DNA of 63,990 nt, filler included, from Reclinomonas americana ATCC 50394 (GCA_048213135.1; 16 parts of 16 records of this genome joined end to end with filler, not necessarily neighbours in it), one strand, 5' to 3'; shown: positions 49,450-62,896, counted from the first letter of the whole stretch. Made by a program: numbers and translations. Notes: generated from the letters alone by a model not told the origin.

Positions 49450-51514
49450 TCTCCGTGCGTGTAGTGCGTGTGTGTGATTTGCTCGCTCAGGATTGTCACC
49501 GTTTCCCGCCTTTCTTCTCCCGCCTTGCTCTGAGACGTCGTTCATCCCTCGCCAGGCTACAGCCAGTACGCCACATAACATACAGCAGTATGAGAGCAAT
49601 GTGGCTCCGATGATGCGTGTGGGCTTTCGAAGACCGACATGGGACTTGTCGATGGGTAATCGGCAGAATGGACAAGCAGGGTGGTGGCTCGAGGTGGCGC
49701 TCCACCGCACCGTGCTGCTGTCCAGCGACACTCTCTTTCTACTGCCCTGCATTCTCTGTCAACGAGGACTGGCATGTCGGTCTGCTTAGACATGCAGCTG
49801 CGCCCCTGTTGTGCTGAAGCCACGGCACACACGAGAATCCAATGAGCAGCGGGTCAACGACACCTCACCTCCTCGGATCCGTCCACAGCGAGGTTGAGGT
49901 GAGACAATGAAGAAAAGGAGCCACAAGGGATATGAGAGGAGCGACCAGCACAGCCGCTCAGCGATGGAAGAGGCAGCTGTGTTGTTCGCCTCCTCTCACC
50001 CGGTCACAATCGATACCTCGCGCCTTCAATCACACTCACAGTCGGTCGGTGNNNNNNNNNNNNNNNNNNNNNNNNNNNNNNNNNNNNNNNNNNNNTTAAT
50101 TAATTAANNNNNNNNNNNNNNNNNNNNNNNNNNNNNNNNNNNNNNNNNNNNTCACATCATCGATCCGCTCCGACATGCCAGCCGGGATTGAGAACAATCC
50201 ACCGACCAGCTGCAGGCCACCCATCGGGAAACACGACACGCATGAGTCCACCCATGAGTAGATTGCCGAGCACGCGTCTGCAGTCTCACATGGCCATTAC
50301 CATCATTACTTGGCGGCGACAGCAGCAACCAAGAAGCGCACATCATCGATCCGCTCCGACTTGCCACCCGGGATTGAAAAACGATTCACCGACCAGGCCA
50401 CCATGTCGCACATCACGACACACATGTGTACATCCACCCAGCCACGTTCTCCATGACACGCACGGCCTGCATGGATGAGGTGAGTGGGAGGGAAGGAGGA
50501 GAGAGAGATCACGAAGAACAAGGCCACACACCTGCATCGTGCATTGGTGGGATGCGAGTGGGGAGCCGAGTGAGTGAGGTGACAGCCTGCAACAGGCGAG
50601 GCACAGCACGCCATTCATCGTCACGGCCGACGGCAAGAACGTGCCTCCAAGGTATCTGCATGTCGGTGTGCTGTGAGCAAAGGAATGGAAGAAGGCGAGA
50701 GACACCAGGTCTGTCTCACTGACAAACACACCGATTAGCACCTGATACCAACACGCGTTTGCGCAAGAGACAAGCCGAGGGACGGTTCTGTACACGCATC
50801 CATCCTACGAGAGAGAGAAGAGTCAGCATGCAGTCATGCCACTTCGACATCGACATGCTCACCATGATGGACTGCCTAACGCGATGGAAGGCGGCGCATC
50901 ATGAGCGGACCAGCACGTTCGGCCTCGCAAGTGTATGGGAAGGAGGGGCGTATTACTGGTGAAGATCATGAGCGCACAAGGGAGGGAGAAGGAGGAGAAA
51001 GAGAGAGACTCCGCAAGGGACAGAAAGGGAGAGCTGAAAGACAGGCATTCTTCAGAACTGGAATGATAATGTCCGCGGCGCACAGGCACAATGGGAAGCA
51101 GGGCGGTGATGCCAAGGAAGTGCGCAAAAGAAGACGCGAGGAAATAATTATCGGCGACTCGCCCTCCTGAGGCACATATATGCACGAATAAGATGCACAC
51201 ACAACAGACTTCACAAAGAGACGAGAAAGACACAACAGGCTCCCAAGTGATTCATCGCGCTGGCACACACAAATTGAGGTGAGAAAGAGACACGTAAACA
51301 GAGAGAGACTTGCTTCACGACCGCACACTCCCATTCACAAGACAGGGCAACAAGCACGGGAGAACAATTCATCAACCTCAACAATGATCTCTCTTTCCTC
51401 TGTCGTCCTCTTCCCCCGCCTGCATCCCGCATGATCACCCACTCTTCCTCGCAAGACACGAAAAACAACTCACAGTCACCAGCAGCCATCTCTCTCTCCC
51501 TCCGACTCACCAAC

Positions 51515-52302
51515 TCAGCACCGGAAAAGGACGACCTCGGTATCTTCGACGATGAAGCAGCGCAGAACCATCTCGGGAAGGCATCGTGAATCTACTTCCT
51601 CCACGTCCTCCTGCATCTCCTGCACAGCTTGCATGGCCAAGCGCGCGGCGTCGCGTTCGAGACGAGCGAGGCCACGCGGTGTGGACCACACTCTCACAGT
51701 ATTGTCTTGACCACCCGCACTCACAATGTGCAAACCATCGGCAGAGACGGCCACAGATATCACCAGGTGCGTGTGTCCCTCCAACCGTCGCTCTTCCTCG
51801 CCACTTGCCAGAGACCATACCCGCACGGTGCTGTCCTCGCTCCCACTCACGACATCCTGGCCATCGGAGGTGATGGTGACAGACGACACCCATCCAGTGT
51901 GTCCTTCTAGTCGTCGCACTTCTTCTCCACCTGCCAGTGACCACACCCGCACTGTGTTGTCCCTACTGCCACTCACGATGTGCTGACCGTCTGGAGTAAC
52001 AGCGACTGAAATCNNNNNNNNNNNNNNNNNNNNNNNNNNNNNNNNNNNNNNNNNNNNTTAATTAATTAANNNNNNNNNNNNNNNNNNNNNNNNNNNNNNN
52101 NNNNNNNNNNNNNGCTTGCCGTCGGGAGTGACGGCGACGGACCTCACCACATCGAGACTCTGAATGATCTGCGTCGATTACTCGCGTGAGACGCATGCAC
52201 ACACAAGCACAAACGGCAACCGCACACGATGCACAAGCACATGGATGCACACACAGACACCAACCACGCAAAGTGCGCACACATTCACACCTTTGTTGCC
52301 AT
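51515..52302 (-). CDS. WD40 protein, array unit 4 (middle lost in gap)
   Basis: MATK|IIQSLDVVRSV before the gap; the last blades and the tail after it. Confidence 0.88.
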
Positions 52303-54367
52303 TCTCCGTGCGTGCGCGTGTGTGTGACTTTGCTCGCTCGGGATTGTCACTGGTTCCCGCCTTTCTTCTCCCGCCTTGCTCTGAGACGTCGTCCATCCCT
52401 TGCCAGGCTGCAGTCAGTACCCCACACAGCATGCAGTAGTGTGAGAGCAATGTGGCTTCGATGATGCGTGTGGGCTTTTGAAGACCGACATGGGACTTGT
52501 CGATGGGAAATCGGCAGAATGGACAACCAGGGTGGTGGTGGCACAAGGTGGCGCTCCACCGCACCGTGCTGCTGTCCAGTGACACTCTCTTTCGACTGAC
52601 CTGCATTCTCTGTCAACGAGGACTGGCATGCCGTGCTGCATGCATATGCAGCTGTGCCCCTGGTGTGCTGATGCCAATCCATGGAGCACCGAGTCTTCGA
52701 AACCTCACCTCCTTGGATCGGGCCACAGCGAGGTTGAGGTGAGACAATGAAGAAAAGAGCCACAAGAGACAGGAGAGCAGCGACCAGCACAGCAGCACAG
52801 CGATGGACGAGGCAGCGCTGTCGTGAGACTCGCCTCCCCTCACCCAAGTCACAATCAATGCTTCGTGCCTTCAATCACACTCACAGTCGGTCGGTGAACC
52901 GTCTCGCGCATGTACTGTGAGGCACAGAACCACGTGTCTTCGCATGCCAGTGACGAGTCACTTGCCAGCACGCCTGTCACACAGAATTGAGACAGTCAAT
53001 CTCCAAGTCTCACCAACTTACTCCTCAACGCAGACGCAGAACACGCACGCACCATGTGTTGCTGGCCTTGCACGTGTCTGCAGTCTCCCATGGCCACCAG
53101 TATCATTACTTGGCGGCGACAGCAGCAACCAAGAAGCGCACATCATCGATCCGCTCCGACTTGCCAACCGGGATTGAAAACGATCCACCGACCAGGCCAC
53201 CATCGCACATCACGACACACATGTGTACATCCACCCAGCCACGCTCTCCATGACGTGCGCAGCCTGCACGAATGAGGTGAGTGGGGGGAAGGAGGAGAAA
53301 GAGAGATCACGAAGAACAAGTCCACACACCTGCATCGCGCATTGGTGGGATGCGAGTGGGGAGTCGAGTGAGTGAGGTGACAGCCGGCAGCGGGCGATGC
53401 ACAGCACGCCTGCAATCACTACGGAACAACGAGCAACGAGAATGGCCTGCCCCTAAGGTGCCTGCATGCCGGTGTGCTATGAGCGAAGAATGGAGGAAGG
53501 AGAGAGATATCTGCTCTGTCTCACTGACAAACACACCGATCAGCATCTGACACCAACACACGGGATTGGTCAAGAGGCAAGCCAAGGGATGCTTCTGCAC
53601 ACACATCCATCCTACGAGAGAGGGAAAGGGAGAGAAAGCTGTGCCAGCAGACAGGCATGCCACCTCACACACTTAAGCTTCGGCATCGGGAAGCTCACCA
53701 TGATGAACTGGCTGGATGGCAGTCGGTGCATCATGAGTAGGGAAGCATGCTCGGCCTTGAGCGAGTGCGGAAAAGAGGGGTGGATGGCTGGGGGAGCAGA
53801 TGAGCGCACAAAGGAGGGAGACATTGGAGAAAGAGAGAGAGACTCTGCAAGGAACAGAAAGGGAGCGAGATAGAGAGAGAGAGCTGCAAGACATGCATTC
53901 TTCAGAGTCGGAAGGAGAATGTCCACGGCGCACATGCACAATGGGAAGCAGAGCAGTGATGCCAAAGTGGTGTGCAAATGAAGACGCGAGGAAACAAACA
54001 TCGATGACTCGCTCTCCTGAGGCACATACATGCACGGCTCATGATGAACGCGCAACACAACAAGACAAGAAAGACACACCATTTCCCCATGTGATCCATC
54101 GCGCTGGTACACACACACAAGCATTGAGGTGAGAAAAGACACGCCTACAGAGGAAGACATCCTTCACGCCGCACAATCTCATCATTCATAAGACAAGGCA
54201 ACACGGATGATAATTCATCATCATCAACAACGACCTCACTCTCTTCCTCTGTCATTCTCTCTCCCCCCACCCGCGCCCACATGATCACCCACACTCCCTC
54301 GCAAGACACGAAAAAACAACTCACGATCGCCAGCAGCCACCGCTCTCCCTTCCTTCGACTCACCTTC

Positions 54368-55545
54368 TCAGCACCGGAAAAGGACGACCTCGGCATCCTC
54401 GGCGATGAAACAACGCAGAACCAGCTCGGGAAGGCATCGTGAATCTCGTTCCTCCTCCTGCATCTCCTGTACGGCGTGCATGGCCGAGCGCGCGGCGTCG
54501 AGTTCGAAGGCAGCAAGGCCACGCGGCGTGGACCACACTCGCACGGTCTCGTCTTGACCACCCGCACTCACAATATGCTGACCGTCAGGAGAGACGGCCA
54601 CAGACGACACCCATCCAGTGTGTCCCTCTAACCGCCGCACTTCCTCGCCACTCTCCAGAGACCACATCCGCACAGTCTTGTCTCCACTCCCACTCACAAT
54701 ATGCTGACTGTCGGGAGTGATGGCGACAGAATTTACTGCATGGGTGTGTCCGTCCAACTGTCGCATTAGCTGTCCACTTGCCAGTGACCACACTCTCACC
54801 ATTCTGTCCCTACAGCCACTCACGACGTGCTGACCGTCTGGAGTAACAGCGACAGAGTACACCCAGTCAGTGTGTCCATCCAACTGTCGAACCTCCTCCC
54901 CACTCGCCAGAGACCACAACCGCACTGTGTTGTCTCCACCGCCACTCACGACATGCTGGCCATCAGGGGTGACGGCGACACAATACACCCATCCAGTGTG
55001 TCCCACCAGCGGTCGCACCTCCATCCCACTCATCAACGACCACACCCGGATGATGCTGCCTCCACCGCCGCTCACGATGTGCTGGCCATCAGGCGAGATG
55101 GCGACAGACATTACAAAGCTAGTGTGTCCCTCCAACCGTCGCACCTCCTCCCTACTCACTAGCGACCACACACGCACTGTCTTGTCTCCACACGCACTGA
55201 GAATGCACTTACTATCGGGGGTGACGGCAACCGAGTACGCAATGTGAGTGTGTCCCTCCAGCCGTCGCACCTCTTTGCCACTCGCCAGTGACCACACTCG
55301 AACGGTGCCGTCCTCACACCCACCAACAATGTGCTTGCCATCGAGAGTGACGGCGACGGATCGCACTACTGCGAGACTCTGAATGATCTGTGCCGATCAT
55401 TCGCGGTGAGACGCACACGCTCAGCAACATTCGAAGACACGCACACAGAGCAACGCGAACATCAACCGCACATACACAAGCATAAGAATGCACGCACAGA
55501 CACCAGCCACGCAAAGTGCGCACACATTCCCACCTTTGTTGCCAT
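54368..55545 (-). CDS. 7-blade WD40 protein, array unit 5 (intact)
   Basis: MATK|IIQSLAVVRSV..., seven repeats, conserved tail. Confidence 0.92.
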
Positions 55546-56485
55546 TCTCCGTGCGTTGTGTGTGTGTGCGCGCGCGTGTGTTCGTGCGTGCGTGCGTGTG
55601 TGTATGTATGTATGTGTGTGTGCGTGCGTGTGTGTGTGTGTGTGTGTTTGTGTGCGTGTGTGTGTTATGTGTGAATAGAAGCACCAACTCTGATTCATCG
55701 GACGGAGCATCAACATCAACTCTCGCGCGTGCGCGTGCGCCTCGTGGTGCCGTCTGTGTCTCAGTGCCCCCTGTCTCTCTGCGTCCCCGTCGTGGTGCTC
55801 CCTTCTCAACCAGCAATGTGAGCGAGATGTTGCGGAATTGAATGTGCATGCATGCATGCCGAGCCTGTTCCACCTCGACACGCCACGAGCATCAACTCGC
55901 TCCGAGTCACGCATGTGAGTCGGGTGGAGAGCAACAACAAACAATTCAGAAAGAGAGCGGAGAAGCAGCGCAGTTCGTGAGTGGGGTGCGTCACACCGGC
56001 TGTCAAGGCACATACGCACGCGTGGGAAACGAGTGCGCAGGGCAAGTGCACCCCTCCCCGTGGCGTGTGTAACGAGAAGGGTGGCCCTCTGAATCGATGC
56101 TTGATGCACTCTCCATGTTCATGCGGTGCCAGTGTGAGAGGGGGAGGCGGGCAATGATTGCCACTGGCTGCTGCAGGCTGGCATCTCCACTGCGTTCGAA
56201 TGACAAAGCGACATGAGGGGTGGGTGGGTGAGAGAGCGAGGACTCGCCCAACGCCGAGCAGCGCGTGTCTATTCATCCATGGCCTCACCTCAACCACCCA
56301 CACACATCCACACACACCTCGCACCCGGCATTCTCTTCTTGCACTCCCACTGCACTGTGCTGTGTCTGCTTTCCGGCTGCCTGCACTTGGCAAGGCAGTG
56401 GAGAAGCACGTGTGAGGCGGTGTGGCTGTCAACATGACAGAGTTGCGCGCAATGACAGCCATCGGTATTCGTACATTCATTGAGC

Positions 56486-56966
56486 TCACTCCGTCCAGCA
56501 CCTTCCAGGCGCACGATGGTCAATCATCTCTGCATCCTCCAACACAAAACACCGCAGCACGACATCGATCAGGATCCAGTCACAATCGCTATCGTCATCC
56601 CCGCCGGCAAGCAGCTCGTTGACGGCCAGCACGGCCAGTCGTGCGGCCGCAATCTCTTGCCGCGCCAGCCCACTCGGCGAAGACCACACTCGGATCGTTT
56701 TATCCTGACTGCCACTCACGATGTGCTGGCCATCAGCAGAGACTGCAACAGACCACACCGAGCCAGTGTGCCCTTCCAACCGTCGCACTTGTTGCCCACT
56801 CACCAACGACCACACCCGCACCGTGTTGTCCACTCCACCACTCAAAACGTGCTGGCCGTCGGGAGTGACGGCAACAGACAGCACTGCACCGGTGTGCCCT
56901 TCCAACCTCTGTGCTACCTCTCCACTCACCAACGACCACACCCGCACCGTGTTGTCCACTCCACCA
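56486..56966 (-). CDS. Divergent WD40 paralogue, unit 6 (5' in gap)
   Basis: Same repeat type. Divergent tail SPSGLARQEIAAARLAVLAVNELL...IDVVLRCFVLEDAE; 3' flank not homologous to the spacer. Confidence 0.85.
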
Positions 56967-59111
56967 NNNNNNNNNNNNNNNNNNNNNNNNNNNNNNNNNN
57001 NNNNNNNNNNTTAATTAATTAANNNNNNNNNNNNNNNNNNNNNNNNNNNNNNNNNNNNNNNNNNNNGTCGATACTCTGCTGTGGTGGTCTCGAAGAGTCT
57101 GTTCTTTCTCCGTGTGTTTATATGTGTTTGCGTGCACGTGTGTGTTGCTCGCTCAGGATTGTCACCGTTTCCCGCCTTTCTTCTCCCGCCTTGCTCTAAG
57201 ACGTCGTTCATCCCTCGCCAGGCTACAGCCAGCACCCCACACAGCATGCGGTAGTGTGTGAGCGACGTGGCTTCGATGATGCGTGTGGGCTTTTGAAGAC
57301 CGACATGGGACTCGTCGATGCGAAATCGGCATGCGCAGAATGGACATGCAGGTGGTGGTGACACGAGGTTGTCGCTCCACTCCACCGTACATGTCCAGCG
57401 ACACTCTCTTTCTACTGCCCTGCATTCTCTCTCAACGAGGACTGGCATGTCGGGCTGCTTGGATGTGCAGCTGATGCCACGGCACACACAAGAGAATCAA
57501 TTGAGCAGCGAGTCATCGAAACAGCACACCTCATTGGATCGGCCCACAGCGAAGCTGACGAGGTGCACGTCATGATGGTACGGCGAAGAGGGAGAGTCAC
57601 AGGGAACAGGAGAGGAGCGACCAGTATGGACGAGGCAGCTGCGACGTGAGGCTCGCCTCCTCTCACCCAAGTCACAGTCAATGCCTCGCGCCTTCAATCA
57701 CACTCACAGTCGGTCGGTGCATTGTCTCATGCATGCACTGTGTGGCATGGAACCACGTGTCTTCGCATGCCAGAGACGAGTCACTTGCCAGCACGCCTGT
57801 TCAGATCACACACAGCACTTAGTCAGTCAAATCTCCAAGTCTCACCAACTTGTTCCTCAATGCAGATACAGAACACGCACGCACCTTGTGTTGCAGGCCA
57901 AGCACGTGCCTGCAGTCTCCTGTGGCCACCACCATGGTCACTCGGCAGTGAGAGCGACAACCAAGGAGCGCACATAATCGATTCGCTCCAACTTGCCAAC
58001 CGGGATCGAGAACGATCCACCGACCAGGCCACAATCGCACTACGCATACGTACACCCACCACGCCACGCCCTCCATGGCATGCACGGCCTGTATAAGTGA
58101 GGTGAGTGGGAGGGAAGGAGGAAAGAGAGATCACGACAAACAAGGCCACACACCTGCTGAGTGCATTGGTGGGATGCGAGTGGTGAGCCGAGTGAGCGAG
58201 GTGACGGTCGACAACGGGCAATGCACATCACGCCTGTCATCGCCACGACATGCTTTCCATGGCCTCTGCATGCCGGTGTGCTGTGAATAAAAGGAATAGA
58301 GGAAGAGGAGCGCTTGTCTCACGTGACAAACACACCAATCAGCACCTGATACCAACACGCGTTTGTCAAGAAGCAAGCCAAGGGACGCTCACACAACCAT
58401 CCTGCAAGGGAGTGAAGGAGCAGAGTCAGTATGCAGGTACGCCACCTCACACACTTCGGCATCGGGAAGCTCACCATGATGGACTGGCAGGATGGCAATC
58501 GTAACACGGTGAGCGGACCAGCAGCTCGACCTCGAGCGTGCGCAAGGAGGGGCGGATTACTGGGGAATCAGATGAGCGCACAAAGGCAGGGAGATGGCGG
58601 AGATAGACTCTGCTCTGCAGGAGGCAGGAAAAAGAGAGCTGAAAGACAGGCATTCTTCAGAACGAAAGGAGAATGCCCACGGCGCACGTGCACGATGGGA
58701 AGCAGAGTATGGCGGTGCCAAGAAAGTGTGCAAACAAGACGCGAGGGAAACAGACAACGGTGACTCGCCCTCCTGCGGCACATACATCAGCGACAAAAGA
58801 TGCACGCACAACAGACATCACAACGAGGGGAAATGAAATCACAGACTCCAATTGATTCATCTCGCTCGCACACACAAACGGAGGTGAGAAAGAGACACGC
58901 ATGCAGAGGGAAACGTGCTTCACTACCTCTCTCTCACTCACATGATAGGGCAACAAGCACAGAGAACAATTCTGCATCATCCACGTCGACTTCTCTTTCC
59001 CCTGTCGTCCTCTCTTCCCCCACCTGCACCCTGCACAACCACCCGCTCTCCCTCATAAGACACGAAAAAACAACTCACTATCACCAGCAACCCGCCCTTC
59101 GACTCACCACC

Positions 59112-60269
59112 TCAGCACCGGAAAAGGACGACCTCGGCATCCTCGACGATGAAGCAGCGCAGAACCAGCTCGGGCAGGCATCGTGAGTCTACCTCTTCCT
59201 CCTGCATCTCCTGCACGGCATGCATGGCCGACCGCGCGGAGTCGAGTTCGAAGTGAGCAAGCCCACGCGGTGTGGACCACACTCGCACGCTATTGTCTTG
59301 ACCACCGGCACTCACAATGTGCAGACCATCGGGAGAGACAGCCACGCACGACACCCATCCAGTGTGACCATCCAACCGCCGCACTTCCTCGCCACTTGCC
59401 AGAGACCATACCCTAATGGTGCTGTCTCCGCACCCGCTCACGATATGTTGGCCGTCGGGAGTGACGGTGACACAATATACCCATGAAGTGTGTCCCTCCA
59501 ATCGTCGCACTTGGTCACCACTCATCAGCGACCATACTCGCAGGGTGCGGTCTCCACCCCCGCTTACGATGTGCTGACCATCAGGGGTGACGGCAACAGA
59601 GTACACCAAGCCAGTGTGCCCCTCCAACCGCAGCACCTCCTCCCCACTCGCCAGCAACCATACCCGCATTGTGTTGTCTCCACCGCCGCTAACAATGTGG
59701 TCACTATCAGGGGTGACAGCGACAGACAACACACAGTCAGCGTGTCCTTCCATCCGTCGCACCTCCTTGCCACTCGCCAGCGACCACACTCGTACTGTGT
59801 AGTCCCAGCTCCCGCTAACAATGTGCTGGCCATCAGGGGTAACAGCGACAGACCACACCTCCCGCGAGTGACCCGTCAACCGTCGCACCTCCTCGCCACT
59901 CTCCAGCGACCACACACGCACGGTACAGTCTCCACACCCACTCACTATCTGCTGGCCTTCGGGGGTGACGGCGACAGACCACACCGGACCAGTGTCTCTC
60001 TCTAGTCGTCGCACTTCTTCTCCGCTCGCCAGAGACCACACGCGAATCGTGTTGTCCATGCACCCACCGACAATGTGCTTGCCGTCGGGAGTGACGGCGA
60101 CGGACCGCACCGAAAAAGCGAGACTCTGAATGATCTGTGCCGATCACTCGCAGTGAGACGCACGCAGCAGCAATCAAAGACAAACATAACAACACAAGAA
60201 CAAGCACACGAATGCATGCACAGACACCAAACACGCAAAGTGCGCATACATTCACACCTTGGTTGTCAT
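59112..60269 (-). CDS. 7-blade WD40 protein, array unit 7 (intact)
   Basis: MTTK|IIQSLAFSVRSV..., seven repeats, conserved tail. Confidence 0.92.
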
Positions 60270-62254
60270 TCTCCGTGTTATGTGTGCGTGCGTGTGTGTT
60301 TTGCTCGCTCGGGATTGTCACCGTTTCCCGCCTTTCTTCTCCCGCCTTGCTCTGAGACGTCGTCCGTCCCTCGCTGCGCTGCAGCCAGCACCCCACACAA
60401 CACACAGCAGTATGAGAGCAATGCGGCTCTTTGATGCGCGTGGGCTTTCGAAGATCGACATGGGACTTGTCGATGAGAAATCGGCAGAATGGACAACCAG
60501 GGTGGTGGCTCGAGGTGGCGCTCCACTGCACCGTGCTGCTGTCCAGCGACACTCCCTTTGACCGGCCAGCACTCTCTGCCAACGAGAACTTGAATGTCGG
60601 TCTGCTTGGATAGCTGTGGCCCTGGTGTGCTGATCATGACGCCACAGCACGACACACCCGCACAAACGAGTCATCGACTCCTTGGATCGGCCCACAGCGA
60701 AGTTGATGAGGGCACCATGATGGTACAAGGAACAGGGGAGGAGCGACCAGCACAGCAGCACAGCGATAGAAGAGGCAGCGCTGTCGTGTGACTCGCCCCC
60801 TCTCACCCAGTCACCATCAATGCCTCGCGCTTTCAATCACACTCACAGTCGGCCGGTGAATCGTCTCACGCAGGTACTGTGAGGCATGGAACCACGTGTT
60901 GCCCAGTGGCCAATCACTTGCCAGCACGCCTGTGTTCAGATTCCACGCACAGATTGGAGTCAGTCAATAGCCAAGTCTCACCAACTAGCTCCTCAGTGCA
61001 GATACAGAACACGCACGTGCACGCACCATGTGTTGCTGGCCTTGCACATGCCAGCAGTCTTCCATGGCCAACACCATCGTCACTCGACAGAGACGGCGGC
61101 AACGGCGCACACTCCACTCAGACTTGCAAGTCGGGATCTAATACGATCCACCGACCAGGCCATCCACAGCACGGCACGCGCGCATATGTACATCCACCCA
61201 GCCACGCCCTCCATGACATGCATGGCCTGCACGAACGAATTGAGTGGGAGGGAAAGAGGAAAGAGAAATCAAGACGAACAAGTCCACACACCTGCATCGT
61301 GCATGGTGGGATGCGAATGGGGAGCCGAGTGAGTGAGGTGACAGCCGGCAGCGGGCAATGTACAGCACGCCTGCAATCATTACGGAACAACGAGGGGGAC
61401 CTGCCCCTATGGTGTCTGCATGCCGGTGTGCTGTGAGCAAAAGAATGGAGGAAGAGGAGAGAAATCTGCTCTGTCACACGTGGCGAACACGCCAATCAGC
61501 ACCTGATACCAACACGCGGTTGGTCATGAGGCAAGCCAAGGGACGGTTCTCCAAACACAACCATCCTACAAGGGAGAGGGAGAGAGTCAGCACGCAGTCA
61601 TGTCACCTCACACACTTCGGTATCGGGATGCTCACCATGATAGACTGCCCAACACGATGGCTGAATCGCAGGCGCAACTTGAGCAGATAATCGTATCGAG
61701 CTTGTGCGGCAAGGAGGGGCACATGACTGGGGAACCAGATGAGCGCACAAAGGAGGAAGACGGTGGAGAAAGAGAGAAACTCTGTAAGGGAGAAAAAGGG
61801 GGAGAGCGGAATGACAGGCATTTTTCAGAACCGGAAGGAGAATGTCCGCGGCGCACATGCACAATGGGAAGCAGAGCAGTGATGCCAAAGTGGTGCGCAA
61901 AAGAAGACGCGGCAAAACAGACATCGGCGACGTGCTCTAGATCTCCTGAAGCACACACATGCACGAATAAGATGCACACACAACAGACTTCACAACAAGA
62001 CAAAAAGCGCAAGAGACTCCCAGGTGATTCATCGAGCTTGCACACAAAATGGAGGTGAGAAAGAGACACGCACACAGAGGGAGACATGCTTCACGACCGC
62101 AGACTATCATTCACATGAAAGGGGAACAAGCACAACAACGACCTCTCTCTCCTCCTCTGTCGTCCTCTCTTCCCCCACCCATTCTCCCGCGCAGGTCACG
62201 AAAAAACAACTCACGATCACCAGCAGCCACCTTCCCTCCCTTGGACTCACCGAC

Positions 62255-62796
62255 TCAGCACCGGAAGAGGACGACCTCGGCACCCTCGGCGATGAAGCAG
62301 CGCAGAACCAGCTCGGGAAGACACCGTGAATCTACTTCATCCTCGGTGGAACTCCTCTCCTCCAGCATCTCCTGCACAGCTCGCATGGCCGAGCGCGCGG
62401 CGTCGAGTTCGAGACGGGCAAGGCCACGCGGCGTGGACCGCACTCGCACGGTCTCGTCGTAGCCACCCGCGCTCACAATGTGCTGACCATCGGGAGAGAC
62501 GGCCACAGACGACACCCATCCACTGTGTTGCTCCAACTGTCGTACTTCCTCGCCACTCGCCAGAGACCACATCCGCACGGTGCTGTCCTCGCTCCCACTC
62601 ACAATATGCTGACCACTGGGAGTAACAGCGACGGCGCACACCCTTCCAGTGTGTCCCTCCAACCGTCGCACTTCCATCCCACTTACCAGTGACAATATTC
62701 GCACTGTCTCGTCCCCACCGCCACTCACAATGCGTCGACCATCGGGAGTGACAGAGAGCACCAAGCCAGTGTGCCCCTCCAACCGCAGCACCTCCT
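62255..62796 (-). CDS. WD40 protein, array unit 8 (5' in gap)
   Basis: Last three blades plus a tail with an in-frame insertion (MLEERSSTEDEV). Confidence 0.88.
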
Positions 62797-62896
62797 NNNN
62801 NNNNNNNNNNNNNNNNNNNNNNNNNNNNNNNNNNNNNNNNTTAATTAATTAANNNNNNNNNNNNNNNNNNNNNNNNNNNNNNNNNNNNNNNNNNNN

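Larger units (their letters stand above)
37170..62796. repeat. Tandem array of ~3.1-kb units (WD40 gene + ~2-kb homologous spacer)
   Basis: Stop-to-stop distances 45145-48291 = 3146 and 59112-62255 = 3143. Spacer motifs recur in the units, e.g. GTTTCCCGCCTTTCTTCTCCCGCCTTGCTC, TCAATCACACTCAC, ACGATCCACCGACCAGGCCA, CAGCACCTGATACCAACACGCG. Confidence 0.97.

Noticed and set aside
37170..62796. CRISPR-like array or diversity-generating retroelement explanation for the WD40 variability
   Set aside because: The repeats are 126-bp in-frame coding units. There are no cas genes, no DGR-type RT and no template/variable pair with adenine-specific changes. The only RT is a decayed LINE.
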